Below, one piece after another: positions 1 to 10,227 of a stretch of 64,000 nucleotides of DNA; position 1 is the first letter of the stretch, and the number at the start of each line of letters is the position of its first letter. The position numbers were made by a program, and so were the translations under genes. The stretch comes from a virus. The DNA lies in the IMG/VR virus record IMGVR_UViG_3300025009_000054, positions 64,001-128,000 of that record; one strand, written 5' to 3'. Under the pieces are notes generated by a model. The model ran no database searches and was not told the origin of the DNA. It saw only the letters and a program-made list of their open reading frames with translations.

Positions 1-2151
1 ACCATCCATCTTGGAGAGCCCACCAACGCGACCAACTACATCCATAATCTGTTCCTGATAGACGAGTACTCCCCACGTATCATCAACGCTTGGCCACATT
101 AGAGGATGGACGTATGCTACACCTTCTCTAGATTCTCCATCACCAATTAGGATAGCTTCGGTACCATTTTTACGTCTAATGTACGACGGTCCACCAGTTT
201 CAAGCGGTCCAGGTCTAAATAGTGCAACAGCAGCAACTATATCACCAAACTCCGTTGGCCTCATACTCATGATAAACGATGTGAATCCTTGACCCTCTAA
301 CTGAAATACCCCACACGTCTTACCTTGTTGTATGAGCTCATATATCATTGGGTCATTCAGATCTATATCATTAGTGGTTGGCTGCCCTGGTATGTGTTTT
401 AGTGCATCTCGTATAATTGATAGATTCTTGAGTCCCAATATGTCGAGCTTTAGTAATCCAACAGCAGCAATAGCATCCATATCGAACTGCGTAATAATCT
501 GTTTCATTCCCTTACCATACTGGAGCGGAATCAGATTATAGAGCTCTTCCTCTGCTATAACAACACCACCTGCGTGGACGGATTCAGCACGTGGCATTCC
601 CTCAACGCGCAGAGCGTCAGTGTACAGCTTTTTAAAGTACGGGTCATTATCTACTGCGTTTCTGAATGGTACTTCATGCTGATATACAATTGGCAGACTT
701 AGTTTATGTAGGACTCCATCAATAATGATGTACGGATCTTCTGGGATAAGGTCAGTTAGTGATGCGACACCATGTACACCGCATGCCCTTGCCATATCCT
801 TAAGTGCCTGTCTTGGCCCCAGCGTGCTGAATGACTGAATCTGTACAACCTTATGGTCACTTCCACCATAAAGATCACCCATGTGCGCAATAATCTCACC
901 GCGTCTATCGGAATCGAAGTCTATATCGATATCGGCGGCAGTAGCATCACGACCCTCTCCCATAAATCTCTCATGCATTAGTCTGTGTTCGAGTGGGTCT
1001 AACATCGTGATACCTAGTAGCCACGATACTATCATTCCAGAAGCACTACCTCTTCCTGGACCATGTACAATACCATGTTCATCTGCGTAATCTACACAGT
1101 CAGCTACGATTAAAAAGATGTCTGATAATTCCTTATCATACATAATCTTGAGTTCTTCGTTAAGTCTACCACAATACTTATCATTGTACAAACCCAAAGC
1201 TTTTAATTTGTTCCAGCATTTATCTTCGAGTTCCCTATATGCACTATCGTACTTATCCTTATTAAACGGATATCTAGGAAGCATCTTCTGTGGTAGTATT
1301 GGTGTTACGTCTTCGCATCGCTTATATATGTCGAATGTGCCATCACTAATACCTGGGAAGATCGATAGCATCTCCTCTGGTGATTTAAGGTAGCAATCCT
1401 CACTATACATCATATCAGATTTCTTGGTAGAATCAGCCTCATCATCAGCACGTTTCTTACCAGAAGTATGTATCGACATCATTTGGCAATGCACTTCATG
1501 ATCTTCCTTTGTGAGGAAGTGAGCATCATTTGTTATAATGAACGGTATACCCTGAATATTGCCTTGTTCAATAAGGAATTCATTGAGTGGCTTCTGTGGT
1601 GCATACCCATTATCCATTAGCTCAAGATAGAACCTATCACCAAACAAGTCTCTATATTGATGTATGGCCGCTATTGCGTCATCTTCACGTCCAGCCGTAT
1701 ATAACTTTCCGACCTTACCAGCTATACATGCTGTGGTGCATATGAGTCCTTCACTGTGTGCCTCTAACATTGGCCAATCAATACGTGGTTTGTAATAGTG
1801 GCCAACTAGATATCCATGTGATGTTAGCCAGCATAGGTTTTTATATCCAATCTGATTCATCGCTATGAGTATGATATGGTTATTTGTACCTTCGGGATTC
1901 TTCTCTTTAATCCTGCAATCACTATCAGGATTCGATACATAGAGCTCTGCGCCTATAATCGGCTTAATTCCCTCAGCGACACATGCCTTGTGAAATTCGT
2001 AAACACCAGCCATGGATCCGTGATCAGAGATTCCTATCGCTGGCATCCCAAATTCCTTGGCTTTCTTAGCCATTTCCTTAGGTTTCATCATCCCGTCTAG
2101 TAAGCTATAATAGGAGTGGTTATGAAGTTGTATATGCCTATTTATTGCCAT
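1..2151 (-). CDS. dnaE: DNA polymerase III alpha subunit (family C), 3' end truncated by window edge
   Basis: Absent from the ORF track; translated by hand from ATG at 2151: MAINRHIQLHNHSYYSLLDG..ISDHG (PHP domain), GPGRGSASG, DIDIDFD, GLLKLDILGL, GVFQLEG, LFRPGP. Confidence 0.97.
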   Translation of the reverse strand, partial: MAINRHIQLHNHSYYSLLDGMMKPKEMAKKAKEFGMPAIGISDHGSMAGVYEFHKACVAEGIKPIIGAELYVSNPDSDCRIKEKNPEGTNNHIILIAMNQIGYKNLCWLTSHGYLVGHYYKPRIDWPMLEAHSEGLICTTACIAGKVGKLYTAGREDDAIAAIHQYRDLFGDRFYLELMDNGYAPQKPLNEFLIEQGNIQGIPFIITNDAHFLTKEDHEVHCQMMSIHTSGKKRADDEADSTKKSDMMYSEDCYLKSPEEMLSIFPGISDGTFDIYKRCEDVTPILPQKMLPRYPFNKDKYDSAYRELEDKCWNKLKALGLYNDKYCGRLNEELKIMYDKELSDIFLIVADCVDYADEHGIVHGPGRGSASGMIVSWLLGITMLDPLEHRLMHERFMGEGRDATAADIDIDFDSDRRGEIIAHMGDLYGGSDHKVVQIQSFSTLGPRQALKDMARACGVHGVASLTDLIPEDPYIIIDGVLHKLSLPIVYQHEVPFRNAVDNDPYFKKLYTDALRVEGMPRAESVHAGGVVIAEEELYNLIPLQYGKGMKQIITQFDMDAIAAVGLLKLDILGLKNLSIIRDALKHIPGQPTTNDIDLNDPMIYELIQQGKTCGVFQLEGQGFTSFIMSMRPTEFGDIVAAVALFRPGPLETGGPSYIRRKNGTEAILIGDGESREGVAYVHPLMWPSVDDTWGVLVYQEQIMDVVGRVGGLSKMDG

Positions 2152-2192
2152 TAAAGAACTCCTTCTCGTTACTACTCTTAAGTTCAAAACGA

Positions 2193-2642
2193 TTACGATC
2201 CGCTTGATAACTCACGCTCTATAGCTTCGAGTTCCAACTGTGCCCGTAAATCTGGGCTTATAATGTCTTCAAGGCGAGATTTCAGTATATCCAGCTTTTT
2301 CCTCTTTGAAGTAATCTGTACCTTTCCAATACGCATTTTTAGATCGTCAATCCAGTCATCTACGGTAAATCCGGACCACTTAAATGGTGGTGTATCTGTA
2401 CCGAGCCCTAATTTCTCTATAGCTATACAGTACGCTGTTTCACGTTCTATTAGGAAGGCAGCAACATTTATTAATGTAGATACATTAGATTCTACATGGA
2501 GATTGATAGCATCTGCCCTCCCCTCTATATATGAGAACGAACAATTAGTTTTCCATACTGGATGGTCAAGCTTGCTTATTTCAGCTTCCTGTCTCCGGAC
2601 CTCAGTAATAAGTTTTAGGGTTCTTTCATCAGTCTGCGCCAT
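2193..2642 (-). CDS. hypothetical phage protein
   Basis: 149-aa ORF overlapping the upstream gene, with SD; helical C-terminus. Confidence 0.75.
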   Translation of the reverse strand: MAQTDERTLKLITEVRRQEAEISKLDHPVWKTNCSFSYIEGRADAINLHVESNVSTLINVAAFLIERETAYCIAIEKLGLGTDTPPFKWSGFTVDDWIDDLKMRIGKVQITSKRKKLDILKSRLEDIISPDLRAQLELEAIERELSSGS

Positions 2643-3744
2643 TATCTTTTCCTCCTATAGGTTCTAATCCATATGCGTGCACGATACACTCAGTTCCGCT
2701 TTCTAGTAATGCATGGAGTGATAGGCTCGTTGGTTCCTTCCATGGTATTGAATTATAGTAATGAGTCATATTGTGTTGTTTCATATACTCCGGTGAGTAT
2801 GCCTCACCTGATGCCCATTCACACCATAGCATACCATCACGTAACGTAAATGCATAACTACGTCTAATCCTTAGAATTGCAGATGTCTCATCCCTCCAAA
2901 TTGTATGTTCTTTGGAATAATAATAATATATGCCATTGTCTTCCGTAAACCAACTATATTTTATGTCAATACCATCAACCAAGAATAGACTCACAATCTT
3001 ACTGCCGTACTGTGATTTGTAATACGACTCCACTAGCTCAGCATAGTTACTAGCAACTGAATCGCACTCAAGCTTTCCTAATTTAGACATATTATAATGG
3101 AACACAAATTCCTGCCCATTCCAGAATACATACGGTTTAGTAATTCCACGTTCCTTATCTCTACTATACGATGTGGACGTTGAAGTTGGCATATATCTAT
3201 CGAACTTACCAACGTATGTCATGGTTTTAAGGTCTTTCATGGTATAGGATGCACCAGGGATGAGTTCCCTCGCCTTAACTTTCTGTGACATAAGGTTAGT
3301 ATGTTCCCTAGATACCTGGTAGTCCTGGGCGGTTACTGGTAGTAAAACTAAATCTGAGCCATGCCACGCATATACGAACTGTCCCTCTAAACCTTTACCA
3401 CGACTACAATCACACTCGCTTAGTATGAAGAGTAAATTCGGGATTGTAATTTCGAATTCGAACCCGCGTGGGTCATATACCCTTACATACGCCTGTCTCT
3501 GCTCCCAGGAGTGTCCATGCGTACCACCAACATTTTTATTTAGTACGAACCCATCAGTTGGCGCATTTACATATTCAATAGGTTCGATCTTTTTGTCACG
3601 CCAATTCTTCCATGACGTTTCCTTGCGTAATATACCTTTTTGATCGAAATATATGATATACGCCAATTTACCTGTATATGTCCCAGAACGATCTTGAAAT
3701 CCAACGTTTATTCGATCTGGGATAAAGAGTTGCTTAGATTGCAT
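2629..3744 (-). CDS. conserved hypothetical large-phage protein
   Basis: 371 aa; N-terminal VGFQ.R..TYTGKLAYIIYFD..G.LRKE.SW and RVYDPRGFEFEIT resemble a family I recognise from large phages; function unknown. Confidence 0.8.
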   Translation of the reverse strand: MQSKQLFIPDRINVGFQDRSGTYTGKLAYIIYFDQKGILRKETSWKNWRDKKIEPIEYVNAPTDGFVLNKNVGGTHGHSWEQRQAYVRVYDPRGFEFEITIPNLLFILSECDCSRGKGLEGQFVYAWHGSDLVLLPVTAQDYQVSREHTNLMSQKVKARELIPGASYTMKDLKTMTYVGKFDRYMPTSTSTSYSRDKERGITKPYVFWNGQEFVFHYNMSKLGKLECDSVASNYAELVESYYKSQYGSKIVSLFLVDGIDIKYSWFTEDNGIYYYYSKEHTIWRDETSAILRIRRSYAFTLRDGMLWCEWASGEAYSPEYMKQHNMTHYYNSIPWKEPTSLSLHALLESGTECIVHAYGLEPIGGKDNGAD

Positions 3745-4037
3745 TAATCTTGTCTCCTATTCTTTGAGAACTTTTCTGGGTCTACAAACTTCGTAGTACA
3801 CCGTGTACAATAATATCCACTTATGTTAAGGAATACCATTGTGAGTATTATAGACGATGTATACTCTGTAGTAAATTGATTTGACCCACATATGGGACAC
3901 ACAAAATTACTAATCGCTGGTGGTTTTTGTTTGCGAGATTCGATATCTTTAATATACTCATCGAACAACATCGGTGCTAATCTATCTAAATCTTCGGTGT
4001 GGAGAACTTTCTTGGGACAAACTGGGTCTTGTGGCAT
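3744..4037 (-). CDS. small zinc-ribbon protein
   Basis: CPICG...CTRC; ATG at 4037 follows GGAGG (track start 4052). Confidence 0.65.
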   Translation of the reverse strand: MPQDPVCPKKVLHTEDLDRLAPMLFDEYIKDIESRKQKPPAISNFVCPICGSNQFTTEYTSSIILTMVFLNISGYYCTRCTTKFVDPEKFSKNRRQD

Positions 4038-4041
4038 AAGG

Positions 4042-4076
4042 TGTACCTCCACACCCTATATAAATGTGGAGGTACA
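4042..4076 (-). promoter_or_regulatory. 12-bp perfect hairpin occluding the SD of the 3744-4037 gene
   Basis: TGTACCTCCACA (4042-4053) / TGTGGAGGTACA (4065-4076); 11-nt loop contains TTTATA on the coding strand. Confidence 0.65.
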
Positions 4077-4097
4077 AGGTATTCTAACGACAGAGAG

Positions 4098-4907
4098 CTA
4101 CAGCATGCTGTGGAATGCCGGTATCGTCATGGCATAATCACCAACTATATCCCATACTATCTTTCTATCGGCAGCATTGAATATTTTATCTGTAGGGTTA
4201 TGTCTTTCGGATCCTGGCATCCTAAAGCTAAATATTGATGTCTTTGGAAAATCTCCAGATTCTGTACAAGCACGACCCATACCATTCGATAGGGTGTGGT
4301 CCATTACATATCCACCACCTATACTAAGTATCACTCCACCATTGACTATATCTCTTGCTAGGAGGTATGCCCTAAACGTATCATGGACTAAAGCGTGGCC
4401 CCAATCCATCGCCCTATCATCATAGCTAGCCATTGAGCAGAATTTATCGACACCAATGGCAGTATGGATTGTCACCGGCACTTTCTTCTGCCATGCGAGT
4501 TTTGATATGCATGTGCCCATACCGAACTCGTTCATATGCATAGAGATTGCATATCCCATGCCATGCGCCTTTGCTGCCTCGCTACCCGCTACATCGTTGA
4601 TAATATTTAGCGTGTCTTCATTCCACACAGCAAGATTGGGATAAGCCTCATCAACTACAATTTGTCCATGCAATCCTAAATCCATATCGCAAGATATGGC
4701 CGTACCATTCATCATTATATGGGATATATATCCACGATCAATCCAATCGCATATGTATGTACTATAACCCTGCCTCATCACATCGCCACCGAGACAAAGT
4801 ACAACGCCCTTACGAGGACTCATTTTATGAAGGGCTCTTATCGTGGACGCTGCCTGTGCTATATCTCCACCCATCATTCCATTTGGTGCTACTACTGGTA
4901 AATGCAT
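4098..4907 (-). CDS. deoxyhypusine-synthase-like (DHS-like fold) protein of unknown function
   Basis: VVLCLGGDVMRQG...RGYISHIMMNG, VPVTIHTAIGVD, GGVILSIGGG resemble an uncharacterised bacterial DHS-like family. Confidence 0.55.
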   Translation of the reverse strand: MHLPVVAPNGMMGGDIAQAASTIRALHKMSPRKGVVLCLGGDVMRQGYSTYICDWIDRGYISHIMMNGTAISCDMDLGLHGQIVVDEAYPNLAVWNEDTLNIINDVAGSEAAKAHGMGYAISMHMNEFGMGTCISKLAWQKKVPVTIHTAIGVDKFCSMASYDDRAMDWGHALVHDTFRAYLLARDIVNGGVILSIGGGYVMDHTLSNGMGRACTESGDFPKTSIFSFRMPGSERHNPTDKIFNAADRKIVWDIVGDYAMTIPAFHSML

Positions 4908-4921
4908 ATAATACTCCTTCC

Positions 4922-5572
4922 TTATTTTTTATAGAGCAAGATATTCCAGTTATATTCTTTATGTAGATTTAGTCCATTATATTCAGCATCCATTAGTAGT
5001 GGGTGCGTTACGTCATATTCATTAATTCCACCATGTTTCTCAAACAGGATATCCCACCATTCACGTGGTTTATACGTGATATGCGTTGGATCGTCATCCT
5101 TATATTCAGGTGGTGGTGCATCGAACAACAAACTAGCATATACACGTCCACCTGGTTTAAGTATACGCATTATTTCACTGATCATCTTATCACATTGATC
5201 CTCAGGCACATGCTCAAATACCTGCGACGAATGGATAAAATCAAACGTGTCATCTTCAAATAGGCTTAGATTACTATCTTTGATGCACATTAATCTGTTT
5301 CTAAGGGCTCCATCAATAAGATTTTCATCAGATGTGGAATACGTTGATACGTCAACCCCATATGCATCGACGTTATTTCTTACACACGACAATACAAACG
5401 TGCCAAATGCGCAACCAAAATCTAGTACTATTTTACCACTTAGATTATAGACATTATCTATGCCGTAATAATAAGCGACTTGCCAATCACCATATGCCCT
5501 CATATCGTTCTTAGCTTTATCTACCGCCCACTCATCAAAATATTCAACTCCAAAACCTTGATATTTATTCAT
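4922..5572 (-). CDS. class I SAM-dependent methyltransferase
   Basis: VLDFGCAFG, FEDDTFDFIHSSQVFEHV, RILKPGG. Confidence 0.92.
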   Translation of the reverse strand: MNKYQGFGVEYFDEWAVDKAKNDMRAYGDWQVAYYYGIDNVYNLSGKIVLDFGCAFGTFVLSCVRNNVDAYGVDVSTYSTSDENLIDGALRNRLMCIKDSNLSLFEDDTFDFIHSSQVFEHVPEDQCDKMISEIMRILKPGGRVYASLLFDAPPPEYKDDDPTHITYKPREWWDILFEKHGGINEYDVTHPLLMDAEYNGLNLHKEYNWNILLYKK

Positions 5573-6216
5573 ATTTCCTCCAAATTAGATTTTTTTATGA
5601 AGACTATACTCTTGTAGAAACTGACAGACTCTATAGTATTCCTCATATTATTAGTATTAGATGGTGGTGATACGCGCTGTGGTGCCGAGTTAGAATGTCT
5701 ATCTTTACTATTACCATAATCATTAACAACGTCAATAATATTGGCCGTATACTCTATAAAACTCTGTGGACCAACACCCCAACCATCCCAATATGACGTA
5801 TGTAAGTCTTCTACTACATATATACCACCTGGTTTCACGCTATCCCACAAGTCATTAAACGATGATATTTGGCTCTCCCACAAATGACATCCATCGTCTA
5901 TAATGACATCAAACTTGCCATACTTCGTCACTACATGATTAATAAAATTCTTATCGTTACTATCACCTATTTCAATAGATATTCTAGTATCACGATATAC
6001 CTCACATCTAGAGTCTATATCAATACCTACAATATCACCTAGTGGGAAATATTCCTGCCACATCCTCATGGACTGACCATGATCAACACCAATTTCTAGC
6101 AAGCTAATTGGTGATAACTCAAGATGGTTAAATTCCTTCTCATATGCCACCATATAATTATGCCCACCGGATGCCTTATCAGTACCATATTTCTGTGCGA
6201 TTTGGTCAAGTATCAT
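5569..6216 (-). CDS. sugar O-methyltransferase (MycE/TylE/ElmM-like)
   Basis: KYGTDK..HNY, LLEIGV, FDVIIDDGCH, KPGGIYVVEDLHTSYW. Confidence 0.85.
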   Translation of the reverse strand: MILDQIAQKYGTDKASGGHNYMVAYEKEFNHLELSPISLLEIGVDHGQSMRMWQEYFPLGDIVGIDIDSRCEVYRDTRISIEIGDSNDKNFINHVVTKYGKFDVIIDDGCHLWESQISSFNDLWDSVKPGGIYVVEDLHTSYWDGWGVGPQSFIEYTANIIDVVNDYGNSKDRHSNSAPQRVSPPSNTNNMRNTIESVSFYKSIVFIKKSNLEEI

Positions 6217-6225
6217 GCTATCCTC

Positions 6226-7245
6226 CTAACTATCGACGATACACTTAACAGTATTCCATCTTTCGATGAATTTACTAGTGGCAAACTCAGTACCTACAAT
6301 ATTGAGTGCGTATTCCCTACAGTGATTATAAAATCCTCTGTCATCAAGGAGAATCTGATACGCCTTGACAGCTTTATCAATATCGAGCATTGGGTCAAAT
6401 GTCAGGTCTGGGAATAGCATATATTGGGTTTGCTGATGTATAGACCCTATTACTGGTATACCCATTGATGCGAGGTCTAGCGACCATCTTCCCCATGTAC
6501 CGAGTGAGTCCAAGTTGATTCCTATTGTACACCTACTGTATATTTCGTAGAACTTATCATAAGATGTGGTATCGTGTACCGTAACATTTTCAAACCCGTT
6601 ATCAGCCATAAAACTACTGACTGTATCGGGTATAGGTTTACGCGTAATAAGATTTACCTTGGTATCTGACTGCTTAGTAAGATATAAGTTACCTATAAAA
6701 TTTCTACTTAATGCCCTAAGTGCATCAGGTGGTACTCCATTAACTGCAACGATTGGAGTACTACCAAACTTAACATCTGCCGGTAGTCTATAGCGTCTAC
6801 TTACCTCTTCCCAGAATGGTATGCCTAAATATAGTACTGGCTTATCAGTTAGCATTTGATAGAATGGTCCAGATCTATCCACTATTGTACAGTATGCATC
6901 AAATGACTGCATTATCTTCATCAATAGATGACATTCTGGTATGAAATCTCTACGTAAGATATCCTGATATGCACCCTCAGCAAGGCCAATCACCTTAACC
7001 GTCGATGGTAACATTTCCCTAATACGTAGTATAGTTTCTAGATATGTTACATCAATATTTAAGTTTACTATTATATGTGAATACTGGCTGAGTATATCTA
7101 AATTATCAAAATGATTTCCACTTATCATATCACCATTTAAGATATACGGTATGCCAGCTACGGAATGCTCCATGGCACCGGGACCATCATATTTTAATAC
7201 GCATGGAGCATATACTATGACAGCAATCTTATCATTTTGCATCAA
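6226..7245 (-). CDS. putative GT-B glycosyltransferase
   Basis: C-terminal GTWGRWSLDLASMGIPVIGS resembles the GT4 donor-binding motif; adjacent to another GT. Confidence 0.65.
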   Translation of the reverse strand: MMQNDKIAVIVYAPCVLKYDGPGAMEHSVAGIPYILNGDMISGNHFDNLDILSQYSHIIVNLNIDVTYLETILRIREMLPSTVKVIGLAEGAYQDILRRDFIPECHLLMKIMQSFDAYCTIVDRSGPFYQMLTDKPVLYLGIPFWEEVSRRYRLPADVKFGSTPIVAVNGVPPDALRALSRNFIGNLYLTKQSDTKVNLITRKPIPDTVSSFMADNGFENVTVHDTTSYDKFYEIYSRCTIGINLDSLGTWGRWSLDLASMGIPVIGSIHQQTQYMLFPDLTFDPMLDIDKAVKAYQILLDDRGFYNHCREYALNIVGTEFATSKFIERWNTVKCIVDS

Positions 7246-9313
7246 TACTTAATACCTGCCTTACTTTTTCAACAATATCGGTAGGGCAGATCTCCATACA
7301 CGGAGACGTTTCTATACTACCATTCAATGGGCATCCTATATTAGCATTCCTCCAGCATGGAGAGCATTTCATAGGTGACTGAATGGGTACTGATTTATCA
7401 TATATACGAACCCGACTATCGGTTGGACCAAATAAACCAATACAACTCTTTCCAAGTGTACCAGCTATGTGAAGTGCCAACGTATCCGCACACACTACTA
7501 CGTCTACCACCGATATTAACGCTACAAATTCATCAACCCCACCTTCAAAGCATTGATTTGCACTGTTCAATGACAATGCCGATGATATAACATAGCAATC
7601 CTTACTTAACTCTTCAGCGATGCGATCAAATGAATGCGCTGGGTAATCCTTATATGACTCCGCAGATTTGACGCACAATAAAACTCTCTTCTTATTAGTT
7701 AATTTTGATAATTCAGAATCAGCGATCTTAACTAATTCCTCATTTGGGAATATATCAAGGGAATAGTCATCCATCTTAATGCCAAGTGCTTTACAATACG
7801 CGACTGGACGTGAAGTTGTTATATGTGGCAATTCAGACACTTCAGAATGTGCTGGAGCGGTGGATATATCACGGATAATATCGAACTTCATATAATTTAT
7901 TTGATTTGATGGTATGAGAGCATTTAAATACGGATTACCAGAAAGTAATAGGCTTACATTATTTACCATGCTATCACGTACCGATAGGTATACTTCATTG
8001 CCAGATTCATGCAAGCTGCGAATAGCAGGTGTTGTCGTAAGGATATCGCCAAGACCACCACTATTTTCAATAAGCAGCACTTTCTTACCGCCACCCTTTA
8101 TACTAGATACGCCACATCCATATGAACTAATAGCAGACTCTATAGTTTTATGCCACTCAGGTATCATATCTCTCCACATATAATTACTAGTAACGAATTC
8201 TCTACACTGTCGGCCAAGTTCTTTCCTCTCAGATTTTGTTTTAGAGCATAAATCATATATTTTCTTAGCCATATCTTCAACATCTATGATTGGTCTGAGT
8301 AAAGGTATAACTGGGTGTATAACTCTAGCATCTTTATGATTTATCTTTTGCCACTCAAACGGGTTTTGCTCTATCGTGCCAGACCAATGAGTAGAGATTG
8401 ATGGAACACCACATGCCATAGCTTCTGTATGAGGTAATCCCCATCCTTCTCCTAATGTAGAAAGTACATGAACATCGAGCGCACTATATACCATTGGCAT
8501 GTGAAGCGCAGATATCATATCGCCACGATGTATAAATTTTCCATCTATGGAAAGTTGTACAACACTATCTCTCATGTTGTACGCATCGACTATTTCACCA
8601 ATATCGAATCCAACCGGACCATGCCAATTGCAATGCATATATAGCACAGCTTCTGGTATTTCATCAACAACCATTCTCATAGCTTTGATGAGCGATGGAA
8701 AATCCTTACGTATCTGATTAACAGCAACCATACCAACGACTATATTATCATCTAATCCAAACCTATTAGAGTCGCATGGTTTAAAGAACTCGGTATCAAC
8801 TCCGTGTGGTATATATGATATTCGATCTGCTGCCCCAGGAACTGCCTTCTGAAAAATATCTCTAGACCACTTATTATATGTCACTGTAAAATCTTGTTTT
8901 GCAATGGTATCGCACCACGATTTGGGTATTGAATTATCCGGTGTTATCGAATCTAATGGTTGGTAAAAGATAATAGGGAATCTCCTATCAGCCATAAAAT
9001 TTGGATCCGTCATATATGACGTCATCCACGTATCAAGATTTACCACTAGAACATCGGGGTTTACCATTTGCAGCCATCCTGCTATACTCTGCTTACCAAA
9101 CGACCCAGGCTGTCCCAATGCAGGATATATGTGATACGGATACATAAGCGGATTCTGCTTGGAATACGGTGGCTGACCTATGCCCATACAATGTATTTCA
9201 TATTGTCCTGGGTACATATGATATAACCCAGCAAGCACATTTCTTGCTACTGTACCAAAACCAGTCGATCCCATAGGGGAATCGGAGAACCATGCTACTC
9301 TAATTCTACCCAT
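7232..9313 (-). CDS. GT4 + GT9 (heptosyltransferase-like) glycosyltransferase fusion
   Basis: N-half: TGFGTVARN, IPHGVD, NQIRKD, EGWGLPHTEAMACGVP. C-half: GGLGDILTTTPAIRSL, ADTLALHIAGTLG..IGLFGPT, CSPCW. Confidence 0.92.
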   Translation of the reverse strand: MGRIRVAWFSDSPMGSTGFGTVARNVLAGLYHMYPGQYEIHCMGIGQPPYSKQNPLMYPYHIYPALGQPGSFGKQSIAGWLQMVNPDVLVVNLDTWMTSYMTDPNFMADRRFPIIFYQPLDSITPDNSIPKSWCDTIAKQDFTVTYNKWSRDIFQKAVPGAADRISYIPHGVDTEFFKPCDSNRFGLDDNIVVGMVAVNQIRKDFPSLIKAMRMVVDEIPEAVLYMHCNWHGPVGFDIGEIVDAYNMRDSVVQLSIDGKFIHRGDMISALHMPMVYSALDVHVLSTLGEGWGLPHTEAMACGVPSISTHWSGTIEQNPFEWQKINHKDARVIHPVIPLLRPIIDVEDMAKKIYDLCSKTKSERKELGRQCREFVTSNYMWRDMIPEWHKTIESAISSYGCGVSSIKGGGKKVLLIENSGGLGDILTTTPAIRSLHESGNEVYLSVRDSMVNNVSLLLSGNPYLNALIPSNQINYMKFDIIRDISTAPAHSEVSELPHITTSRPVAYCKALGIKMDDYSLDIFPNEELVKIADSELSKLTNKKRVLLCVKSAESYKDYPAHSFDRIAEELSKDCYVISSALSLNSANQCFEGGVDEFVALISVVDVVVCADTLALHIAGTLGKSCIGLFGPTDSRVRIYDKSVPIQSPMKCSPCWRNANIGCPLNGSIETSPCMEICPTDIVEKVRQVLSIDAK

Positions 9314-10227
9314 TACTTCTCCTTTTTAAATGGAAGCTCATTAATATCGAACCCGCTAGCACCCTTATGTCCGCCTCCACCATACTTCTTTGCAATCTTT
9401 TCAACATCGATCTTCATAGAATACAATGAGATTACGAATTTTTCACCATCATAGATAAACGTTATTGACATATCGTAGGTATCTGGATCAATACTGTTGA
9501 ATATTTCACTACCAACCTTGGCAGCATTTACTACTACGCACTTGTGGCCTTCCCAATTACATCTAAATGAGAACGCATCAACTAACTCTGCATTCTTATA
9601 CTTCTTAAATCTCTCGACTATACGACCATCACTATGGACTTTGCACATCATGTGTGGCGATAATACCATAGCCCATATGCTGCCATGTACCTGTTCCCCT
9701 ATCATAGGATTTGTGTCATATGATTCCATGCCAGAGAAGAAGAATCTGGTTTCATCACCATATTTCCAATCCCATACGTCACGATCACCTATGAGGAGTG
9801 TTGGTTTTGGTACGTCACTGACATACTTCTCGATATTCTCTCTTTGAAGCTCCGGTCCCTGCTCACGTATATCATCGCCAAGCAGATTAAAGTATATATA
9901 CGTAAGTACACACCCAGCAATTCCATCGATGCGCATACCAGGTATTCTCTGGTGAAAGCCCTTGTACTTATCTATTGACGTAATATGATGATCAATCCAT
10001 ATCACATCATCAGTGATAGCTAGAAGCTTATCCATATCCTCAGGTTCAAGGGAGAAATCTACTATTACAACCTTCTCATCTTTCTCTACCTTATCGAGAT
10101 ACTCATTGGATGGTATATTATAATTGGCTTTCAGGCACTCACATTCCATACCATACTTATATCGCACCCAGAACGCCGCACATCTACCATCTAGGTCATC
10201 ATGATATATACAACGCACTTTACTCAC
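9313..10227 (-). CDS. DHH/DHHA1 family phosphoesterase
   Basis: YHDDLDG, IVDFS, WIDHH, GGGGHKGASGF. Confidence 0.93.
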   Translation of the reverse strand: MSKVRCIYHDDLDGRCAAFWVRYKYGMECECLKANYNIPSNEYLDKVEKDEKVVIVDFSLEPEDMDKLLAITDDVIWIDHHITSIDKYKGFHQRIPGMRIDGIAGCVLTYIYFNLLGDDIREQGPELQRENIEKYVSDVPKPTLLIGDRDVWDWKYGDETRFFFSGMESYDTNPMIGEQVHGSIWAMVLSPHMMCKVHSDGRIVERFKKYKNAELVDAFSFRCNWEGHKCVVVNAAKVGSEIFNSIDPDTYDMSITFIYDGEKFVISLYSMKIDVEKIAKKYGGGGHKGASGFDINELPFKKEK

